This document shows, one piece after another, positions 1-10,077 of a stretch of 64,000 nucleotides of DNA. The translations under genes were made by a program, and so were the position numbers. This stretch comes from Nitrospirota bacterium (GTDB lineage: Bacteria > Nitrospirota > Nitrospiria > 2-01-FULL-66-17). The stretch spans positions 128,001-192,000 of the forward strand of contig JBMOMC010000002.1 of NCBI GenBank assembly GCA_049325335.1. The letters run 5' to 3'. Within the stretch, counting starts at the first letter, position 1. Each line of letters begins with the position of its first letter. The notes under the pieces are model-generated. The model was not told where the DNA came from, ran no database searches, and was given only the letters and a program-made list of their open reading frames with translations.

Positions 1-1
1 T

Positions 2-130
2 CCCCGCGAAGGTTTCCCGTGGGCATCGGTGATGCCGCCGTGGGAGCAACATTTGACGGCCGACGAGATGTGGAAGGCCATCTTGTTCGAGTACTGGCAT
101 ACCGGATTCTATCCGCGGACCTGGGATTGA
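2..130 (+). CDS. 3' end of a c-type cytochrome (partial, runs off window start)
   Basis: Frame 2 reads PREGFPWASVMPPWEQHLTADEMWKAILFEYWHTGFYPRTWD-stop. The MPxW...L...W pattern matches the axial-Met region of class I cytochromes c, and a cytochrome gene follows. Confidence 0.65.
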   Translation, partial: PREGFPWASVMPPWEQHLTADEMWKAILFEYWHTGFYPRTWD

Positions 131-196
131 TACGCGGCGGTTTGTGCGTATCACTAAACACTGGCTCATCGGGTGCTTGATAAGGGGAGTCAAACG

Positions 197-1891
197 ATGA
201 AGGGGATTGCAGAAGGCGGGAAAAAGAGGGCAGGCGTACTGATCGGTCTTGCGGTGACCGGGCTGATCGGCGTGGGAGTGCTCTCGATCGGGTGGATCGC
301 CGGCGCGCAGGCTCAGGAGGAAAAGGCGGCTGAGGCCCCGAAGACCCAAGGGTTGCCCGGCAAAGCATCGCCTGAGGATTTGGAAGCGGGCAAGGCGGTG
401 TATTTCCGCAAGTGTGTGTGGTGTCACGGGCCGGAAGGGGCAGGCGATGGTCCGGGGGCTGATCGCCTCTGGCCGAGACCGCGCAACTTTAACCAGGGTA
501 CGTTCAAGATTCGGCATACTGCAAGCGGCGAGCTCCCGACTCTTGACGACTTGTTCCTGACGGTCACCCACGGGTTGCCGGGTTCTGCGATGCCGTCATG
601 GGAAGGTATTCTGACCGATAAACAGCGCCGGCAAGTGGTCGAGTTTGTTCGGACTGAATTGATCAAAGACCGCGACTTCACGGATAAAGAGACCGAAACC
701 TTGACGTTGATTAACTTCGGCAAACAGGTTCCGACTTCTAAAGAAAGTATTGAGCGCGGCCGCGAAGTGTTCATGAATAAGGGTAAGTGCGTGGAGTGCC
801 ACGGCGAGGATGGCCGAGGCGACGGAAACGCGACCCAAAAGGATGAATGGGGATTTCCCATCCGTCCCGCAGACCTGCACAAGTGTTGGAACTTCCGAGG
901 CAACCGTCGGGATCCGTACAACCCGGCGAATATTTTCCGCGAGGTCTCGACCGGATTGAATGGGACCCCCATGCCGTCCTTCGCGGAAACGTTGACGGAA
1001 GATCAGCGCTGGGATGTGGCGAACTTCGTGATGTCGCTTTGTCCGAAAAAACACATCGACGAGCAGACCACCAAACCCATGAACGACTTTGTGCTCCGAG
1101 CCGGGTATGTCGAAGGCGAGATCCCCGGAGCGCCGGACGACCCGAAGTGGCTGGAGCGTGCGCCGAATTACATCGGACTCGGCGGGCAGATCACTCATAA
1201 ACCGCGGAACTTTGTCCGGCAGGTCGATGAGGTCTGGGTGCGTTCCCTGTATAACGGCACCGAGGTGGCATATTTGCTAGAGTGGGGCGACCGGAACAAG
1301 AGCGTCGGTTCGCCGGAGACATTGGCCACGGCTGCCAAATACGAGGAGACACCGCCGCAAGGGCAGCCGATCGCGTTACGCGATCAACCGATTTTCAACG
1401 ACGCGTTTGCCATCCAGTTCCCGACCAAGTGGGAAAGCCTCAATGCGCCGGAGAAACCTCGGTTTATCTTCGGCGACGCCAAGAACAACGTGGATCTGTG
1501 GAAGTGGGAAGTGGACGGAAAGATCGGCACCTTCACGGGCACTGGCTGGGATCAGGAGCTCGCTCCGCACGGCAGTGACACGGTGAAAGCCGTGTTCGCG
1601 GAACATAAGGCTGGAACATGGCGCGTGATCCTGAAGCGGTCAATGGTAACCGAGGATAAGGAAAAGGATGTCCAGTTCACGACGGGTAAATACATCCCGA
1701 TCCTCTTTATGGCGTGGGATGGCCACAACGGCGATGCTGGCCGCAAGATGTCGATCTCGAGCTGGTACCACACCATTCTGGAACCCCCGATTCCGACCAA
1801 AGCCTACGTGTACCCGGTGTTTGCGGCGTTGTTTGTGATCGGGTTGCAGTTCTGGGTAGCGTCAAAGGTCAAGAACGGCAAGAAAAAATAA
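197..1891 (+). CDS. Membrane-anchored di-heme cytochrome c with C-terminal ethylbenzene-dehydrogenase-gamma/DOMON-like domain
   Basis: Two CxxCH motifs (CVWCH, CVECH), each followed by an MP(S) axial-ligand segment. N-terminal signal/TM, C-terminal TM, WDG motif. GGGAG RBS before ATG 197. Confidence 0.8.
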   Translation: MKGIAEGGKKRAGVLIGLAVTGLIGVGVLSIGWIAGAQAQEEKAAEAPKTQGLPGKASPEDLEAGKAVYFRKCVWCHGPEGAGDGPGADRLWPRPRNFNQGTFKIRHTASGELPTLDDLFLTVTHGLPGSAMPSWEGILTDKQRRQVVEFVRTELIKDRDFTDKETETLTLINFGKQVPTSKESIERGREVFMNKGKCVECHGEDGRGDGNATQKDEWGFPIRPADLHKCWNFRGNRRDPYNPANIFREVSTGLNGTPMPSFAETLTEDQRWDVANFVMSLCPKKHIDEQTTKPMNDFVLRAGYVEGEIPGAPDDPKWLERAPNYIGLGGQITHKPRNFVRQVDEVWVRSLYNGTEVAYLLEWGDRNKSVGSPETLATAAKYEETPPQGQPIALRDQPIFNDAFAIQFPTKWESLNAPEKPRFIFGDAKNNVDLWKWEVDGKIGTFTGTGWDQELAPHGSDTVKAVFAEHKAGTWRVILKRSMVTEDKEKDVQFTTGKYIPILFMAWDGHNGDAGRKMSISSWYHTILEPPIPTKAYVYPVFAALFVIGLQFWVASKVKNGKKK

Positions 1892-1922
1892 CGGTCGATC
1901 CGACCTCAAGTCAGTGAATCAC

Positions 1923-1962
1923 GGAGAGGCCCTGCGCAGTCGGCAGGGCCTCTCCCTTTCTT
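1923..1962 (+). terminator. Intrinsic terminator
   Basis: 13-bp perfect stem GGAGAGGCCCTGC/GCAGGGCCTCTCC followed by CTTTCTT. Confidence 0.8.
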
Positions 1963-1976
1963 GAGCGATCGACGGA

Positions 1977-2786
1977 GTGCGCGTGGGCGAAAAATCGGAA
2001 ATCCTCTTTTTGTTGTTCAGCCAACTCTCGGTCGGAGGGGTCGTGTTATTGGCCGCGATCGCCAAACGCCAACTCGGGTTGAGTTTTTTTCGGCTCAACG
2101 GCATGATCTTTTTTCTCCTCTTCGGCGTGGCGGTTCCCGCCGTGCCGGCTGACGGAGCGGGCGGACCGTGGGCGCACGCGGTCGCGGCGCTCACCTTGGC
2201 CTATGCGGTGACGTTGTTCGTCTACGTCGTGTTGTTTTGGATCAAGAAGGAGTACCACCCGGTTGTGTGGCTCTACGCCGCGGCTGGATTCGGCTCGGCG
2301 CTGATTGTCGCCAGTGGGGCGTTGTACGCCGCACGGGCCGGTACGGCGGCCTTTGCTCCAGGTATTCCGGTCAGCTTCGTATTCTCCACGGCGGTGCTCG
2401 GCTCCTCCATGCTCGGAATGTTGCTGGGGCACCGGTATCTGACGAGTCCCAACTTGCCGATGAGCCACCTGAATATCCTCGCGTGGATCTTTCTGGTGGC
2501 GATCATTTTTCAGGGCGCCTTGAGCACGTTGACGTTCGCGTTCGGCCTTCCCTCGGATGTGGTGGGTGGGGCGCTCCGCCTGGAAACCGTGTTGGGGCTG
2601 TTCTTGTGGATACGCGTCGCGATCGGGATCCTGGTGCCGCTCGCGCTCGCCGTCATGATTTTGAACACGATTCGGTACAAGGCCAACATGTCGGCGACCG
2701 GCCTGCTGTATATCGCCGCGCTGATGGTGTTGGCGGGGGAAGCGTTTTCGCGGTACTTGTTGTTGGCGGAATCCATCCTCTTGTAA
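1977..2786 (+). CDS. Polytopic membrane protein (possibly DmsC/NrfD-like anchor)
   Basis: About 8 hydrophobic segments; MLLGHRYL motif. Confidence 0.55.
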   Translation: MRVGEKSEILFLLFSQLSVGGVVLLAAIAKRQLGLSFFRLNGMIFFLLFGVAVPAVPADGAGGPWAHAVAALTLAYAVTLFVYVVLFWIKKEYHPVVWLYAAAGFGSALIVASGALYAARAGTAAFAPGIPVSFVFSTAVLGSSMLGMLLGHRYLTSPNLPMSHLNILAWIFLVAIIFQGALSTLTFAFGLPSDVVGGALRLETVLGLFLWIRVAIGILVPLALAVMILNTIRYKANMSATGLLYIAALMVLAGEAFSRYLLLAESILL

Positions 2787-2817
2787 ACTGGTCCAGTGAT
2801 TGCTCCGGAGATGTCCG

Positions 2818-3525
2818 GTGCCGACCGGGTCGTTTCAGGCCATTCTCCAATCGATTGAACCGTTGACCTCCAGCGTCAAGGTGTTCCGGCTCACGACGGG
2901 CGACGGCGCGGTCTTTCCGTTCACGGCGGGTCAGTTCGTGATGGTCGACGTCCCCAAGGGCGAGACCGTGGTGCGCAAAGCGTATTCGATCGCGTCCCCG
3001 CCGTCGCAAGCCGGAACCATCGACCTGTGCATCAAACACGTGGAAGGTGGGTACGTCTCCACCTATTTTCACGAACGGTTGCGCGTCGGGGATGCGCTGA
3101 CCATTTCCGACGCGCGCGGCAGCTTCGTGGACCGGGGAGGGAACTTCGAGCGGGTCTACGTGGCGGCGGGGACCGGCGTCGCGCCGATCCGCAGCATGAT
3201 CCTCGGTTTGTACGACCGCGGATTCGACGGGCCCATGTCGTTGTATTTCGGCGTACGGCACGAGGACGAGATTCTCTACGAATCCGACTGGCGCCGCCTC
3301 GAAGCCTTCCACGCGCGGTTCCGTTTCTTTCCCACGGTCAGCCGTCCACGCGCGTGGACCGGCCGAGTCGGCTGGGTGCAGAACGCGTTGCGCGAGACCT
3401 TGACCGACCCCGCAACCAAAACCGCCTACGTCTGCGGCCTGGTGCCGATGGTCAAGGAAGTGAAAGCCTTGTTGATCGAGTTGGGCGTGCCGCGCGGGCA
3501 AATTCACACCGAAAAATACACGTAA
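2818..3525 (+). CDS. FAD/NAD(P)-binding oxidoreductase, ferredoxin-NADP reductase family
   Basis: FTAGQF, RKAYSIAS, GYVSTY, AAGTGVAP and YVCG motifs; GTG start with GGAG RBS. Confidence 0.85.
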   Translation: MPTGSFQAILQSIEPLTSSVKVFRLTTGDGAVFPFTAGQFVMVDVPKGETVVRKAYSIASPPSQAGTIDLCIKHVEGGYVSTYFHERLRVGDALTISDARGSFVDRGGNFERVYVAAGTGVAPIRSMILGLYDRGFDGPMSLYFGVRHEDEILYESDWRRLEAFHARFRFFPTVSRPRAWTGRVGWVQNALRETLTDPATKTAYVCGLVPMVKEVKALLIELGVPRGQIHTEKYT

Positions 3526-3544
3526 CTCCAGCCAATGAGCGTCA

Positions 3545-3609
3545 TTCGACACGCTTAGGACGAACGGATGCGGATCTGAATGCCGTTCGTGGTGAGCCCG
3601 TCGAACCAC
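3545..3609. repeat. Palindromic miniature repeat (TTCGAC..GCT.A..ACGAACGG / CCGTTCGT..TGAGC..GTCGAA), copy 1
   Basis: Imperfect inverted repeat; a second similar copy lies at 12043-12120. Confidence 0.75.
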
Positions 3610-3732
3610 GCTCGATCGAGTTTCAGCGACTGCCCGCATACGGCCACCGCGCGTTTGACTCGTTCCTCGCCAATGTGTTACAACCACGCTGTTTTCCAGG
3701 CAATTTTCGCGTCATTTGCTCGGAGTTTTGTC

Positions 3733-4485
3733 ATGTCCGGCCACTCAAAATGGGCCACCACCAAGCATAAAAAAGCCGCGGCCGACTCCAAGCGCGGAAA
3801 GATTTTCACCAAATTGATCAAAGAGTTGACGGTCGCCGCGCGGATCGGGGGCGGGGATCCGGACGGCAATCCCCGCCTGCGTCTGGCCGTTTTGAAGTCC
3901 AAGGAAGCCAACATGCCGGCGGACAACATCAAGCGCGCCATCATGAAGGGCACCGGCGAATTGCCGGGCGTGACGTACGAAGAATTGACGTACGAAGGGT
4001 ACGGGCCCGGGGGCACGGCCTTGTTGGTCGAGATCATGACCGACAACAAGAATCGCACCGTGTCCGAAATTCGGCACGTGTTTTCCAAGAGCGGCGGCAA
4101 CATGGGCGAAGCCGGCTGCGTGGCCTGGATGTTCCAGAAGCGCGGTTACATCACGGTGGCCAAGAATAAAGCGGATGAAGACACGCTCATGACCCTGGCA
4201 CTGGACGCGGGCGCGGAAGATATGAAATCCGACGACGAAGAGGTGTTCGAAATTTTCACCGCGCCGGCCGACGTGGAAACGGTCAAGAAGGCCTTGGAAG
4301 ACAAGAAAGTGCCGGTCACGCTTGCCGAGGCCGCGCAGATTCCGCAGACCTACATCAAGCTCGAAGGCAAGGACGCCGAGCAGATGATCAAGTTGATGGA
4401 CGCGCTCGAAGATCACGACGACGTGCAGAAGGTCCACGCGAACTTCGATATCGACCAGGCCCTGTTGGAGAAGGTGCTGGGGTAG
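3733..4485 (+). CDS. yebC: YebC/PmpR family protein
   Basis: MSGHSKW start, [15 protein letters not shown]; canonical position upstream of ruvC. Confidence 0.95.
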   Translation: MSGHSKWATTKHKKAAADSKRGKIFTKLIKELTVAARIGGGDPDGNPRLRLAVLKSKEANMPADNIKRAIMKGTGELPGVTYEELTYEGYGPGGTALLVEIMTDNKNRTVSEIRHVFSKSGGNMGEAGCVAWMFQKRGYITVAKNKADEDTLMTLALDAGAEDMKSDDEEVFEIFTAPADVETVKKALEDKKVPVTLAEAAQIPQTYIKLEGKDAEQMIKLMDALEDHDDVQKVHANFDIDQALLEKVLG

Positions 4486-4523
4486 GACGCGCCGTCCGCG
4501 GCTCACGGGAGAAAGGGCCGGTT

Positions 4524-5045
4524 ATGCGGATCTTAGGGATTGATCCCGGTCTCAACGCCACCGGCTACGGCGTGGTGGAGCTCCAGGGCTCGGACCTCTG
4601 CCATGTGGCCTCCGGCACCATCACCATCCCCGCCACCCGCGCGTTGCCCACGCGCCTCAATCAACTCTTCGAATCCCTGCGTGAAGTGTGCGAGCGGTAC
4701 CGTCCGGACGGGGTCGCGGTGGAAAACACGTTTTTGGCCAAGAACGTGGCAGTGGCGCTCAAACTCGGTCAGGCCAAGGGCGTGGCCTTGCTCGTGGCGG
4801 AGCAGGCCAAGCTCGCGGTGGTCGAGTATTCGCCCACGGCCATCAAAATCGCGGTGACGGGCTACGGCGGCGCGGCCAAGGATCAAGTGCAGTACATGGT
4901 GGGTCGCCTGCTGCGGGTGTCGGTGGAGATGACCACGCACCACGCCACCGACGCCTTGGCCGCGGCCATTTGCCACATCCACTCCGGCTCCGGGCATCAG
5001 GCGCGGGCCTTGTCCGGCGGGTCCTCCCGCATCGCGCACGCATGA
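4524..5045 (+). CDS. ruvC: Crossover junction endodeoxyribonuclease RuvC
   Basis: MRILGIDPG, VTGYGGAAKDQV, DALAAAICH. Confidence 0.95.
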   Translation: MRILGIDPGLNATGYGVVELQGSDLCHVASGTITIPATRALPTRLNQLFESLREVCERYRPDGVAVENTFLAKNVAVALKLGQAKGVALLVAEQAKLAVVEYSPTAIKIAVTGYGGAAKDQVQYMVGRLLRVSVEMTTHHATDALAAAICHIHSGSGHQARALSGGSSRIAHA

Positions 5046-5641
5046 TCGCCGCGCTCGCGGGGACGCTGCTCGCCAAGTCTCCGCAGTCCGTGATCATCGA
5101 CGTCCACGGCGTGGGCTACGAGGTGTTCACCTCGCTGCAAACGTACTACCGCCTGCCCGATCTCAAACAAACCGTTCGCGTGCATACCCACACGCACGTG
5201 CGCGAAGACGCGCTCGTTCTCTACGGATTTTTGTCCTCGGAGGAGAAGGCCGCGTTCCTGTTATTGATCTCGGTGTCGGGGGTTGGGCCGCGCCTGGCAT
5301 TGGCGTTGCTCTCGGGCCTGTCGGTGGCGGAGCTGGCCGCCGCGATCCGCGCGGGCGACGCGCGGCGGCTCTCGTCCGTGCCAGGCATCGGCCAGAAAAC
5401 CGCGGCGCGGCTCATCCTGGAACTGCAGTCCAAGATCACCTCGATCGTCCCAGAGGCCGCGGTCGAGGGCGCAACCGGCCCGTCGTCAATCGCGGATGAC
5501 GCCTTGTCCGCGTTGGTGAACCTCGGGTATCAGCCGCCCGTGGCCAAAGACATTCTCAAACAGATCGAACGCAGTCGGCCCGGGGAGGAACTCACGGTGG
5601 AAGATTTCTTGCGCGAGGCGCTGCGGCGGCTGTCTAAATGA
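5042..5641 (+). CDS. ruvA: Holliday junction branch migration protein RuvA
   Basis: [47 protein letters not shown] overlap with ruvC. Confidence 0.95.
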   Translation: MIAALAGTLLAKSPQSVIIDVHGVGYEVFTSLQTYYRLPDLKQTVRVHTHTHVREDALVLYGFLSSEEKAAFLLLISVSGVGPRLALALLSGLSVAELAAAIRAGDARRLSSVPGIGQKTAARLILELQSKITSIVPEAAVEGATGPSSIADDALSALVNLGYQPPVAKDILKQIERSRPGEELTVEDFLREALRRLSK

Positions 5642-6684
5642 CGATCAAGCCCACACCTGAACGCGCGGACTCGCCCTTGACCACGGGCATGCTCGACGAC
5701 GACCGCCGGTACGAAACCAGCCTGCGGCCGCTTGCGCTGGACGAGTACGTGGGCCAGGAAAAGGTCAAAGAGACGTTGCGCGTGTACATCGAGGCCGCGC
5801 GGCAACGCGGGGAGGTGCTGGACCACACGATCTTTTACGGCCCGCCCGGACTGGGCAAGACCACGCTCGCGCACATCATCGCCAAAGAACTCGGGGTGCA
5901 ACTCAAGACCACGTCAGGTCCCGCGCTGGAGCACGCGGGTGATCTGGCCGCGATCCTGACCAACCTCGCGCCCCGCGACGTGTTCTTCATCGACGAAATC
6001 CACCGGTTGCACCCGGCCGTGGAAGAAATCCTGTACCCTGCGATGGAGGACTTCCAACTCGACATCGTGATCGGCCAGGGCCCGTCCGCGCGCAGCATCA
6101 AACTGGACCTGCCGCCGTTCACCCTGGTAGGCGCCACCACGCGCGCTGGGCTCTTGACCTCGCCGCTGCGAGACCGCTTCGGCGTGATCTCGCGTCTGGA
6201 GTACTACACCCCGGCCGAGCTGGAACAAATCGTCATGCGCTCCTCGCGCCTGCTCAACGTGCCCATCGACCCCGAAGGCGCCCAAGAAATCGCCCGCCGC
6301 GCGCGCGGCACCCCGCGCATCGCCAACCGCCTGCTGCGCCGCGTGCGCGATTTCGCCCAGGTCAAAGCCGACGGCATGATCACCATGAAGTCGGCGCGAG
6401 GCGCCTTGGCCATGATGGAAATCGACGAACACGGCTTCGACGTCATGGACCGCCGCCTGCTGGCCGCCATCATCGACAAATTCAACGGCGGCCCGGTCGG
6501 TGTTGATACGCTGGCCTCCGCCATCGGCGAAGAACGCGAGACCATCGAAGACGTCTACGAACCCTTCTTGCTACAAGGCGGTTTCCTCGACCGCACCCCC
6601 CGCGGCCGCCTCGCCACCCCGCTGGCGTACCAACACCTGAACCGACCACAACCGAACAACGCGGATCAAAAGCCGCTGTGGTAG
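5638..6684 (+). CDS. ruvB: Holliday junction DNA helicase RuvB
   Basis: [35 protein letters not shown]. Confidence 0.97.
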   Translation: MTIKPTPERADSPLTTGMLDDDRRYETSLRPLALDEYVGQEKVKETLRVYIEAARQRGEVLDHTIFYGPPGLGKTTLAHIIAKELGVQLKTTSGPALEHAGDLAAILTNLAPRDVFFIDEIHRLHPAVEEILYPAMEDFQLDIVIGQGPSARSIKLDLPPFTLVGATTRAGLLTSPLRDRFGVISRLEYYTPAELEQIVMRSSRLLNVPIDPEGAQEIARRARGTPRIANRLLRRVRDFAQVKADGMITMKSARGALAMMEIDEHGFDVMDRRLLAAIIDKFNGGPVGVDTLASAIGEERETIEDVYEPFLLQGGFLDRTPRGRLATPLAYQHLNRPQPNNADQKPLW

Positions 6685-6784
6685 GCCTGTGATGCTGGTT
6701 CCCTACCCTGGTTGCGAGAGATTATCTTGCTGTGAAGAGAGATGAGCGACGTCAGGTGCCGCCATCGGGTCAGCGTGAAACGCA

Positions 6785-7438
6785 ATGAAGATTGCCCTCA
6801 CGGTTGAGATGCTTGTTCACGAGGCGAAGGACTTCGCCAAACGCGAATCACGTCACCGTGAGCCTAGTTTATTCGGGGTAACGGACGGCAAGGCGGTGGG
6901 CACGTACTTGGAGCACAAGTTCCAAGCCCTCCTCCAGGAGAAGTACACCTACGTGAAGGGTTCGTCAGCCAAGGGGATCGACTTCCCAAAACTCGGAGTC
7001 GACATCAAGGTCACCAGTATTCGGCAGCCGCAATCCTCGTGTCCGTTCAAGTCCGCGCGCCAAAAGGTGTACGGACTAGGCTATTCGCTGCTTGTCTTCG
7101 TCTATGATAAAAAAGACGATCGAACAACGCATTCAGCGGCACTCAATATCAAACATGTCATCTTTGTTGAGGCCGGCCGAACGGGTGATTACCAAACGAC
7201 GACCGGGATCATCAAGATACTGGACAACTCTGGAAACGCCGATGATCTCGTGGCCTTCATGTCCGAGCGGTTCCTGCCGCTTGAAGAGATTCAGTCACGC
7301 CAGCTTGCTCAGGAGATTCTGAAGAAAAGGCCGGAGGTAGGATATCTGACAATCTCGAATGCCCTTCAGTGGCGGCTTCAGTACAGCCGCGTGATCGAAC
7401 ACGCAGGCCAAGTAAGCGGCGTGAACCGAGTGGTCTGA
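6785..7438 (+). CDS. Type II restriction endonuclease (NspV-like from recall)
   Basis: PD-(D/E)xK-like GIDFP..VDIKVTS, QPQSSCPF, NALQWRLQY; coupled by TGATG to a methyltransferase. Confidence 0.75.
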   Translation: MKIALTVEMLVHEAKDFAKRESRHREPSLFGVTDGKAVGTYLEHKFQALLQEKYTYVKGSSAKGIDFPKLGVDIKVTSIRQPQSSCPFKSARQKVYGLGYSLLVFVYDKKDDRTTHSAALNIKHVIFVEAGRTGDYQTTTGIIKILDNSGNADDLVAFMSERFLPLEEIQSRQLAQEILKKRPEVGYLTISNALQWRLQYSRVIEHAGQVSGVNRVV

Positions 7439-9000
7439 TGACGCCGACGCCGAAAGTCGAGTTCGGGGACTTCCAGACACCGCCGGATCTGGCGCATGAG
7501 ATTGCCGGCTTCCTTCGTAACAGCGGCGAGACTGCCGACGTCATTGTCGAACCCACTTGCGGCCGTGGTAATTTTGTCGCCGCGGCGATGACCTCATTCC
7601 CTAGAGCCAAGGCCATATATGGTTTTGATATTAACCCTCAATACGTTCGCGATGCGGTGAACGTCGTTCGCGAACATGATGGGCGAGAACCGGATCTGGA
7701 ATGTCGGAACTTTTTTCAAATGGATTGGACAGACTTCCTCGCGACGCTTGCCGGAACCATCCTTGTCATCGGCAATCCTCCTTGGGTCACAAATTCCACT
7801 CTCGGCGTACTGGGGAGCGACAATCTTCCTGAAAAGACCAATTTTCAGGGCCACAAGGGCTTCGCCGCTAAGACAGGAAAGGCCAACTTCGACATCTCGG
7901 AGTGGATGCTCATTAGGCTCACGGAGGCATTACATTGTCGCGTCGGTTGCTTGGCCATGCTCTGCAAAACCTCAACTGCCCGCAAGACATTGAGACATGC
8001 GTGGCTGAACAAATTAAACGTCGGACGGTGTTCTCTCCATTTGATCGATGCCCAGAAACATTTCAGCGCGTCCGTTGATGCGTGTCTTCTCATCATGCAC
8101 ACTGGGATGGGAAGGTCTGACGCTACGGCCTGTGTCTATCCCCAGCTTTCTTTTCATGGGAGGCTTTCGACCATCGGTCTTGTGGGCAAGGAACTGGTCG
8201 CTGACATCGACGAGTACCTACGCCTGCGTGACATTGACGGCATTCCGTACTACACATGGCGCTCTGGGGTGAAGCATGACGCGGCGGGAATTATGGAATT
8301 CAGGCAAGACAACGGGTATTTCATCAACGGAAAACATGAGAAATGCCGACTCGAGATGACGTATCTCTTTCCGCTCCTGAAGTCTTCGGACATTGCCAAT
8401 GGCCGCATAGTTCCCGATCGGTATGTATTACTGACTCAGCAGAAGCCGTCGGACAAAACCGATTACATTAAAGGCTCGGCCCCAAAGACATGGAACTACT
8501 TGATCGAACACGCAGACGTCCTTGACAAAAGACGGAGCATCATTTACGAAAAACGCGCTCGCTTTTCCGTCTTTGGCGTCGGTGATTATACGTTTGCGCC
8601 TTGGAAGGTCGCCGTGTCGGGACTCTACAAGAACTGCCGGTTTGTGGTTGTTGGAATGCAACACGGGAAGCCGATTGTGCTAGACGATACCTGTTACTTT
8701 ATCCCGTGTGCGTCGGAAGATGAGGCGCGGTTTATGTGTGAACTCTTAAACTCTGACATCTGTCAACGATTCCTCCGATCCCTCGTGTTCTTTGACGCCA
8801 AGCGGCCGATCACGATCGACGTCCTAAATCGGATCGACTTGAAGAGAGTGGCCGACCATGTATACAGGGCTGAAGAAGCGAGAAAGTTTCTGGTCACTGC
8901 AGCGGAGTTTGAGAACAAACAACCTCTCTTCGTTTTTGAGAAGAACGCTAAGTATCGGATCGACGCGTTGCGACAACGGAGCGGGTCGCGCGTCGGATGA
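7438..9000 (+). CDS. Amino (N6-adenine type) DNA methyltransferase
   Basis: GDFQTP, EPTCGRGNF (motif I), GNPPW (motif IV). Confidence 0.85.
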   Translation: MTPTPKVEFGDFQTPPDLAHEIAGFLRNSGETADVIVEPTCGRGNFVAAAMTSFPRAKAIYGFDINPQYVRDAVNVVREHDGREPDLECRNFFQMDWTDFLATLAGTILVIGNPPWVTNSTLGVLGSDNLPEKTNFQGHKGFAAKTGKANFDISEWMLIRLTEALHCRVGCLAMLCKTSTARKTLRHAWLNKLNVGRCSLHLIDAQKHFSASVDACLLIMHTGMGRSDATACVYPQLSFHGRLSTIGLVGKELVADIDEYLRLRDIDGIPYYTWRSGVKHDAAGIMEFRQDNGYFINGKHEKCRLEMTYLFPLLKSSDIANGRIVPDRYVLLTQQKPSDKTDYIKGSAPKTWNYLIEHADVLDKRRSIIYEKRARFSVFGVGDYTFAPWKVAVSGLYKNCRFVVVGMQHGKPIVLDDTCYFIPCASEDEARFMCELLNSDICQRFLRSLVFFDAKRPITIDVLNRIDLKRVADHVYRAEEARKFLVTAAEFENKQPLFVFEKNAKYRIDALRQRSGSRVG

Positions 9001-9479
9001 CCAGGGAGTCGCCCCTTGGGTTTCGGTGGCTCCATTCCTGGCGGTCCTCACTGATTTTTGAGAACAGCGTCAGATACAAGTCCCGTCGGATCGAGACGCG
9101 CCGACAGGCGATCCAAGCTGAAATCGACGCACGGCGGTCGGCGGCTGAGCGAAATCGCCTCGGCCAATTTGCTACTCCCAATCGTCTTGCGGTCGAGATC
9201 GCGAAGTACGTGAAGACGCTCCTCGGTCGCAAGAACGTCGACATCAGATTCGCCGACCCATCGATCGGATCAGGCAGTTTTTTCTCCGCGGTGCTCACCG
9301 TGTTCGGCCGCGATCGTATCGCCAAGGCCGTTGGCATCGAACTCGATCCCGCGTTTTTCGACGTGGCCCGCGTGCTGTGGGCTGACCAGGGGCTTGATGT
9401 TGTCCGTGGGGACTTTACCCGCATTGTCGCAAGCCCATCATGTCTACCGGACTTCCTTTATGTCGAAGCAATGCTTTGA
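8997..9479 (+). pseudogene. Truncated second DNA methyltransferase (N-terminal part only)
   Basis: RNRLGQFATP, DPSIGSGSFF, GIELDP and GDF are present, but the ORF stops before any NPPY-type motif IV. Confidence 0.7.
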
Positions 9480-9511
9480 CAGCAGGGTTATATCGAGAGG
9501 TCAGGGAGGAC

Positions 9512-9898
9512 ATGATGGCTACGCACGGACCAGCGGAAACAGTCCGTCAGTTGATCGACGCGCTCAATAACGGCAACCTGGAGGCGGCGTTGGCGTTGTA
9601 CGACCCGCAGGCCGTCATGGTCGCGGAGCCTGGTCAGGTCGTGACTGGGAAAGCGGCGCTGCGCAAGGCGTTGCAGGGGTTTATTGCGCTGCGGCCCACG
9701 ATCCGGAGCGTCAAACGCGCTGTCGTCGAGACCGGAGATGTCGCGCAGTATTGCGGGGAGTGGACGTTGGCGGGAACCGACCCCACCGGTAAGCTGGTGA
9801 GCATGTCTGGCAAATCATCCGACGTGCTGTGTAAACAAGCCGATGGGACCTGGAAAATCGTCGTGGACAATCCCTGGGGCACCGGTATTCTGGGGTAA
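9512..9898 (+). CDS. SnoaL/NTF2-like (YybH/DUF4440) protein
   Basis: ALNNGNLEAALALY..., QADGTWKIVVDNPWG; GGAGG RBS. Confidence 0.8.
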   Translation: MMATHGPAETVRQLIDALNNGNLEAALALYDPQAVMVAEPGQVVTGKAALRKALQGFIALRPTIRSVKRAVVETGDVAQYCGEWTLAGTDPTGKLVSMSGKSSDVLCKQADGTWKIVVDNPWGTGILG

Positions 9899-9906
9899 CT
9901 ATTGGG

Positions 9907-9993
9907 ATGCCGGTCGTGAGCCCTGTTGATTCCGACAACGTTCGACTTTCGCGGATCGGACAGATCGCGGTCCCGGTCAGCGCTGATGAGTGA
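9907..9993 (+). pseudogene. N-terminal fragment of a VOC/glyoxalase family gene
   Basis: Reads MPVVSPVDSDNVRLSRIGQIAVPVSADE-stop; LSRIGQIAVPV resembles the first strand of VOC proteins. Confidence 0.45.
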
Positions 9994-10077
9994 GATTCGG
10001 CCGTGACGGGCGCTGAATAGGCGGCCCCGCGTAGCGACGATGAACGCCCTTGATCCATCGCGGACCCCCTCGCGCCC

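Noticed and set aside
8929..9107. Weak similarity between the first MTase tail (FVFEKNAKYRID) and the second MTase head (LIFENSVRYKSRRIE)
   Set aside because: Too short and degenerate to support a duplication or programmed fusion.
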